DNA of 32,000 nucleotides from Actinacidiphila acididurans (GTDB lineage Bacteria; Actinomycetota; Actinomycetes; Streptomycetales; Streptomycetaceae): NCBI RefSeq assembly GCF_016918855.1, contig NZ_JADKYB010000007.1, positions 373,623 to 405,622 of the forward strand, read 5' to 3'. Shown piece by piece: positions 27,841 to 32,000 of this stretch (position 1 is its first letter; each line of letters starts with the position of its first letter). The notes under the pieces were generated by a model. It saw only the letters and a program-made list of their open reading frames with translations, ran no database searches and was not told where the DNA came from. The position numbers and the translations under genes were made by a program.

Positions 27841-28398
27841 ATGGATGTGGTGCCGCTGGTCAGTACGGTCGTCGGTGCGATTATTGCCATCGGCTCGACG
27901 CTGGTGGCGGACCGTGCCCGGTGGTCACGGGATCAGCGGGGCCGCGAGGATCTGGCGCAGCAGCAATTGCGGGCGGACTTCATTGCTGCGGTGGCCCGCA
28001 GCGCGGACATCGTCTGGAATATCGCTCACCAGGACCAGCCTGCGACCGATGACGGCAAGCGGGCTGCCCGCCAGGCATTTCGTGAGGCGGACCTCTATAC
28101 CTGGCGCTATCGCGTGGCCCTCATGTCGCCCCCGGAGATCGTTGCCGGCAGTGAGGCGCTTCTGGACGCCTTGCGTCGCTACCGCGACACCGTCAGCGCG
28201 GGTCGGCGAGCCGGGGAAACGGAGTATGACCAGGCCAGGGAGGCGTACTTCGCCGCGGTGGCAGAGGCAGTCGATGTCCTCCGGGCTGAGCGTGGACCCT
28301 TGCCCTTCTCGATACGTCAATCGGCGCGCACGCCTGGTGAGGGGAGTGCCGGCGCACAACCGGCCACCGGTTCGGCTCGTCCTTCGGCGAACACATGA
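27841..28398 (+). CDS. Hypothetical protein with an N-terminal membrane anchor
   Basis: The ATG at 27841 follows a G-rich SD-like run. The TM segment is VVPLVSTVVGAIIAIGSTLV, followed by a helical domain. The gene is divergent from helper copy 2. Confidence 0.5.
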   Translation: MDVVPLVSTVVGAIIAIGSTLVADRARWSRDQRGREDLAQQQLRADFIAAVARSADIVWNIAHQDQPATDDGKRAARQAFREADLYTWRYRVALMSPPEIVAGSEALLDALRRYRDTVSAGRRAGETEYDQAREAYFAAVAEAVDVLRAERGPLPFSIRQSARTPGEGSAGAQPATGSARPSANT

Positions 28399-28485
28399 TC
28401 CGGGCCTGCACGCGCAACATGTCGGCCGGTGTTCTGTGTCGAGCCGCGAGTTGCGGTCTGCTGGGACGGTCGGTTGGATCATCCC

Positions 28486-28752
28486 ATGAAGCGCCTTGAG
28501 GTCGAGATGCTGATGGAAGGCGGCAATGACGCGGTGGTGCGGTTGCCGGGCCGTCGGTTCCCGGGCGTCTTGGTGCAGGGTGACTCGTTGAGCGTGCTGC
28601 GAGCTGACGTGTCCGAGCTGGTCGACCTCTGCAACGCCGGCGACTTGGAGGAGGCCAAGGAGACGGCGGCCCTGCTTCTGGCCGATATGGACGCTCTGTT
28701 GGAGAAGTACATCGAAGCCCTGCGGCTTCACGGCATGCAGCCGCCGTTCTGA
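28486..28752 (+). CDS. Small hypothetical protein (88 aa)
   Basis: The start MKRLEVEM at 28486 lies within the 28429..28752 ORF. The motif GGNDAVVRLPGRRFPGVLVQGDSL looks like a conserved small actinobacterial family. I cannot name it with confidence. Confidence 0.45.
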   Translation: MKRLEVEMLMEGGNDAVVRLPGRRFPGVLVQGDSLSVLRADVSELVDLCNAGDLEEAKETAALLLADMDALLEKYIEALRLHGMQPPF

Positions 28753-28902
28753 TCCGTCGCTCCAGCCAGAACGGCCGGCCCCGGGAGTGCCGGCCTCATC
28801 ACCCCGTATTACGCCCGCCCGGTCGCCGGCTGTGACGCCGAGGTGGCCGCGGCTGTGCAGGCGTGAGCCCAAAGGCACGGTGTCTGAGCGATTCCGTGTC
28901 CC

Positions 28903-30138
28903 ATGGCAGTAGCCGGCGTCATCGTGATTTACGGACCGTTCCCGACCGAAGCGGCCGCCTTGGCGGGCGACCTCGGTGGTTCCCGTACTGGAAGTGGCCG
29001 CGCCGGAAAGGGCTCAGCTCCAGTGCGTGGTTGGAGGATGATTCCGTTCGTGCAGGTGGATGAGACCCCGGGCGGACAGGCGCGGTACACGCTGACCGAT
29101 GCGGAGGACGGTCATGTGTGGGGTGTCTGCTCCGAGGTGGAGGGGCTGTTCGGGGAGCCTGAGCGCGGGATGTACGAACTGTTCGGCTGGGTTGCCGAGG
29201 GTGCTGAGGTCCTACGTGGTTGGGTCGGCAGTCGGGTATGGCTGGTGCCGGAGGACGAGACGTTCGGGCCGTGGCTGCTCGAGGATGGCGAGAGCCTTGG
29301 ACGGCATACGGGAACGGACGGTCTGGTGCTCACCGGTCTGGACGACTACCTGGGTCCGCGCGGCGGTCATCGTGGTCCGGTCCGCGTGCACGACGAGCGG
29401 CGTTGGCTGGGCTCGTGCCGGGAGTTCACCCGTGTCCTGCCGCCGGAGCGGGGGGCACCTCCGCTCGTCCTGCGGGGGCTCGCCCCGGGGGACGAGTTGC
29501 TGCGGCGGCTGAGGACGGGGACCCGGCGGGCGCTGGACCTGGACCAGGTGGCTTTGGAGATACGGGATCAGCGCGGCGAGTGGCTGACCCAACTGCTGCT
29601 GACGACCCATGTCCGGGCCTCGCGTCCGTCGGCACGCGGGGCGGACCTGATCGATCTGGAGCTGGACAGCGCGCTGTTCACGCCCGTCGCCGGCCACGCC
29701 CGGCCGGTGTGGGACCGGTGGCTCGCCGGCCCACCGCAAACGCCCGGTGCCTGGGCCGGCCTGGACACCCGTGCGCGCGGAGTCTGGCTGGACCTGGTCC
29801 GGGAGAGCGGCTGCCAGCACGGTCGCCATGACCGGCCGGCCGGTCACGCGTACGAGCTCGACGGTCGGCAGGTCACCGACGTGCCGGGCCTGTACCTTGC
29901 GCTCGGCGAGGCGGTGAACGGGCCGGGCGGCTACTTCGGCGGCAACCTGGACGCCCTGGCCGACTGCCTGCGCGGCACCTTCGGCTACACCTCTCCCGCC
30001 ACCTTGCTCTGGCGGGACGCCGCGACAGCGCGCAGGCACCTGTCCGACGCCCTTACGTCGGACGGCCGGCCGTACGACCTGTTCACCGCGGTACTCGATG
30101 TCCTGGCCCAGGGCGGGATGCACGTCACCCTGGCGTGA
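28903..30138 (+). CDS. Barstar-domain (RNase inhibitor family) protein with a long N-terminal extension
   Basis: The C-terminal stretch LDGRQVTDVPGLYLALGEAVNGPGGYFGGNLDALADCLRG matches the barstar pattern. GC3 is very high from 29038 onward. The start is either 28903 or the ATG at 29038. Confidence 0.7.
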   Translation: MAVAGVIVIYGPFPTEAAALAGDLGGSRTGSGRAGKGSAPVRGWRMIPFVQVDETPGGQARYTLTDAEDGHVWGVCSEVEGLFGEPERGMYELFGWVAEGAEVLRGWVGSRVWLVPEDETFGPWLLEDGESLGRHTGTDGLVLTGLDDYLGPRGGHRGPVRVHDERRWLGSCREFTRVLPPERGAPPLVLRGLAPGDELLRRLRTGTRRALDLDQVALEIRDQRGEWLTQLLLTTHVRASRPSARGADLIDLELDSALFTPVAGHARPVWDRWLAGPPQTPGAWAGLDTRARGVWLDLVRESGCQHGRHDRPAGHAYELDGRQVTDVPGLYLALGEAVNGPGGYFGGNLDALADCLRGTFGYTSPATLLWRDAATARRHLSDALTSDGRPYDLFTAVLDVLAQGGMHVTLA

Positions 30139-30458
30139 CCCGAGAACCGCCCCACCTCATTGGCTGCGGGGGGCTTGACGCAGAGGGCCAGTCCGCGTCG
30201 GTCTTGGTTGATTTCGGTGACGGCGGCGGTGGCTTCGTCACCGACCTGCACGGCTTCTTCTGAGGTCGCGCCCATCTGCGCCCACGACTTGTCGGTCTTT
30301 CCCACGTCCGCCGGAGGTAGTGCCATCGGCCGGGCCCGGTCGGGGTATTGCTGTCGGGAACGTACGTATTGCGGCGTATGGAACCCGACGGCCCGGTGGC
30401 TCTAGGGTGACCGTGCCGTGGCTGGGGGCTGCGCGGGATCAAAGGTCGTGGGGGATTC

Positions 30459-32000
30459 ATGAGGCGTACGCGCCTGCGGGCCGCGCGCTGGGCCGCGCTG
30501 CTGGGGCTGTTCGGCATGCTCGTTGTGGGCGGAACCGGAACGGCACGGGCCGACGTACCGGAGTGGCACTGGTATCCCACTCCGGGCAACGCCGGCGAGT
30601 GCATCGCGTTCACCATCGGCGACCGCGGTGACGCCGGGCCGTCCGGTGGGATACCGGCGACCGTGGCGTGGACGACCGCGCAGGACCCGGTCTGCTCGCC
30701 CAAGACCGCCTTCGACCAGGTCGGCCTGACCCTTTACCGCACCTGGCCCACGCTCGCCGGCTACTACTACGGGGCTGGGACCGACCTGCACAGCCTGGTC
30801 AACGACATCACCATCCCCGGCGAGGGCACCTACTCCGTGGACTTCGCCGCGCAGGACAACACCGGGCACTGGTATCCGCGCACCACCGGCCTCCTGGTCG
30901 TCGGCCACGACAGCGACGGAGACCGGGTCGTGGACAGCGTCGACCGCTGCCCCGCCGTGCCGGGCGACCAGGAGGACGGCTGCCCGTCCGAGGCGAACCG
31001 CCCGCCCGTCGTCGTGGCGGGCGCCGATCAGGTGCGGCACGCCGTCGACACCGCCACCGTGCACGGCACGGTCACCGACGACGGCCTGCCCGGCCGGGGT
31101 CTGACCTACCTGTGGACAAAGGTCTCCGGCCCGGGTACCGCCGCCTTCACCGCGCCCCGTGCCACCGTCTCCCAGGTCACCTTCTCCCAGCCGGGCAGGT
31201 ACGTCCTGCGGCTGACGGCCGGCGACGGGGCGCTGACCGCGCACGACGAGCTGACGGTCACAGTGGTCGAGCACTACCGAGTGGAGATCAGGGCATGGAT
31301 CCCGCAGCCACGCGTGGTCGACCCCGTCCACCCGCTGGACCAGGCACTGGTGGGCAACACCCCGGACAGCTGGTCGGCGTGCGGCCACCGGTCGGGGCCG
31401 ATGATCCAGTCCTCGACCTTCCGCGGCGACGACCACCGTACGTTCGACAGCGGCAGCGGCTCCTTCCGCGGCCGGGTCTGGGCCGAGTTCGACTGGGACG
31501 GTACGTCGATCACCGCCTTGCGCAAGGCCACATCACCGGCCGGGATGTACGGGGCCACACACCGCGACTTCACCATCCGCACGCCCCACGCCACCATCCA
31601 CTGCACGCGCGTGGCGACAGCGACCAAGTCCGCCACCGCCACCCAGGAGACGACCAAGCGGGTCCACCTGGATCTGCACACCAGCAACCCGCTGGTCGAC
31701 ATCATCCCCAAGTACGGGCCCGCACCGGCCATCGACTCCGACTTGTTGGTCACCTTCGCCAAACCGACCGAGCTGTCGGTGTCCGGTACCACCGACCTGT
31801 TCCCCAGCCACGGCTTCCGGATCTGGCGCAACGGCAAGGTCCTCTACACCCGGACCACCAACCAGGCCGCCTGCGTCGACGCGCTCGGCCCGGTCGGCGC
31901 GTACAACCTGTTCACCAGACTCACCCACCAGACCAACCGCCGCTCGCTGACCCTGGCGACGCACACGGCGGTCAAGTCGGTGGACGAGCCCTGCCGCTGA
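30459..32000 (+). CDS. Secreted protein with a thrombospondin-type-3-like Asp repeat, a PKD/Ig-like segment and an uncharacterised C-terminal domain
   Basis: The signal peptide is MRRTRLRAARWAALLGLFGMLVVGGTGTARA/DV. Other features are DSDGDRVVDSVDRCP and a PKD-like LTYLWTKVSGPG...RYVLRLTAGDG. The stop is at 31998-32000. Confidence 0.72.
   Translation: MRRTRLRAARWAALLGLFGMLVVGGTGTARADVPEWHWYPTPGNAGECIAFTIGDRGDAGPSGGIPATVAWTTAQDPVCSPKTAFDQVGLTLYRTWPTLAGYYYGAGTDLHSLVNDITIPGEGTYSVDFAAQDNTGHWYPRTTGLLVVGHDSDGDRVVDSVDRCPAVPGDQEDGCPSEANRPPVVVAGADQVRHAVDTATVHGTVTDDGLPGRGLTYLWTKVSGPGTAAFTAPRATVSQVTFSQPGRYVLRLTAGDGALTAHDELTVTVVEHYRVEIRAWIPQPRVVDPVHPLDQALVGNTPDSWSACGHRSGPMIQSSTFRGDDHRTFDSGSGSFRGRVWAEFDWDGTSITALRKATSPAGMYGATHRDFTIRTPHATIHCTRVATATKSATATQETTKRVHLDLHTSNPLVDIIPKYGPAPAIDSDLLVTFAKPTELSVSGTTDLFPSHGFRIWRNGKVLYTRTTNQAACVDALGPVGAYNLFTRLTHQTNRRSLTLATHTAVKSVDEPCR

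Noticed and set aside
30139-30326. Minus-strand ORF fragment MALPPADVGKTDKSWAQMGATSEEAVQVGDEATAAVTEINQDRRGLAL..., considered as a possible transposase or gene remnant at the island edge
   Set aside because: It is short, has only moderate third-position GC, contains no motif I recognise and runs into the barstar gene's 3' end. There is not enough evidence to call it.
27732-32000. A third copy of the tRNA-Ser att repeat that would mark the right end of the second island
   Set aside because: I scanned by eye for GGTTCAAATCCC and flanking sequence and found nothing. The right boundary therefore cannot be called from this window.
1-32000. CRISPR arrays, rRNA genes, intact IS elements or transposases, and phage structural genes
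   Set aside because: I saw no regularly spaced repeat-spacer arrays, no rRNA-like sequence, and no DDE or HTH transposase motifs with terminal inverted repeats.

Overview
The window is high-GC, Streptomyces-like actinobacterial DNA. No searches were run, so all family names come from motif recognition and memory.

Positions 1-11250 look like ordinary chromosome:
- an RsbW-like ATP-binding protein
- aminopeptidase P
- a PP2C/SpoIIE phosphatase
- a PrimPol-domain protein
- a SEC-C motif protein
- a second HATPase-like protein
- a glycerophosphodiester phosphodiesterase
- an HtrA-type protease

A tRNA-Ser(UGA) lies at 11270-11356. About 65 bp of its 3' part recurs at 18709-18773, next to a truncated tyrosine integrase, which suggests tandem island insertion at this tRNA.

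The accessory region (about 11.4-30.2 kb) is a polymorphic-toxin locus:
- Two Rhs/YD-repeat toxin genes lie in opposite orientation. Each follows, and is start/stop-coupled (GTGA) to, a roughly 240-aa ESX/T7SS-substrate-like helical protein.
- The helper genes plus the Rhs 5' ends form a near-identical inverted repeat of about 1 kb that brackets about 14 kb.
- Rhs1 carries an in-frame TAG. Rhs2 is intact.
- Each Rhs has a different C-terminal tip and an adjacent candidate immunity gene.
- A degraded orphan Rhs-tip/immunity module, a frameshifted gene duplicate and a barstar-domain protein are also present.

Outside the island, the 6654-7317 intergenic region holds six GATC-containing 11-bp tandem repeats and many TTCCGG/CCGGAA hexamers.
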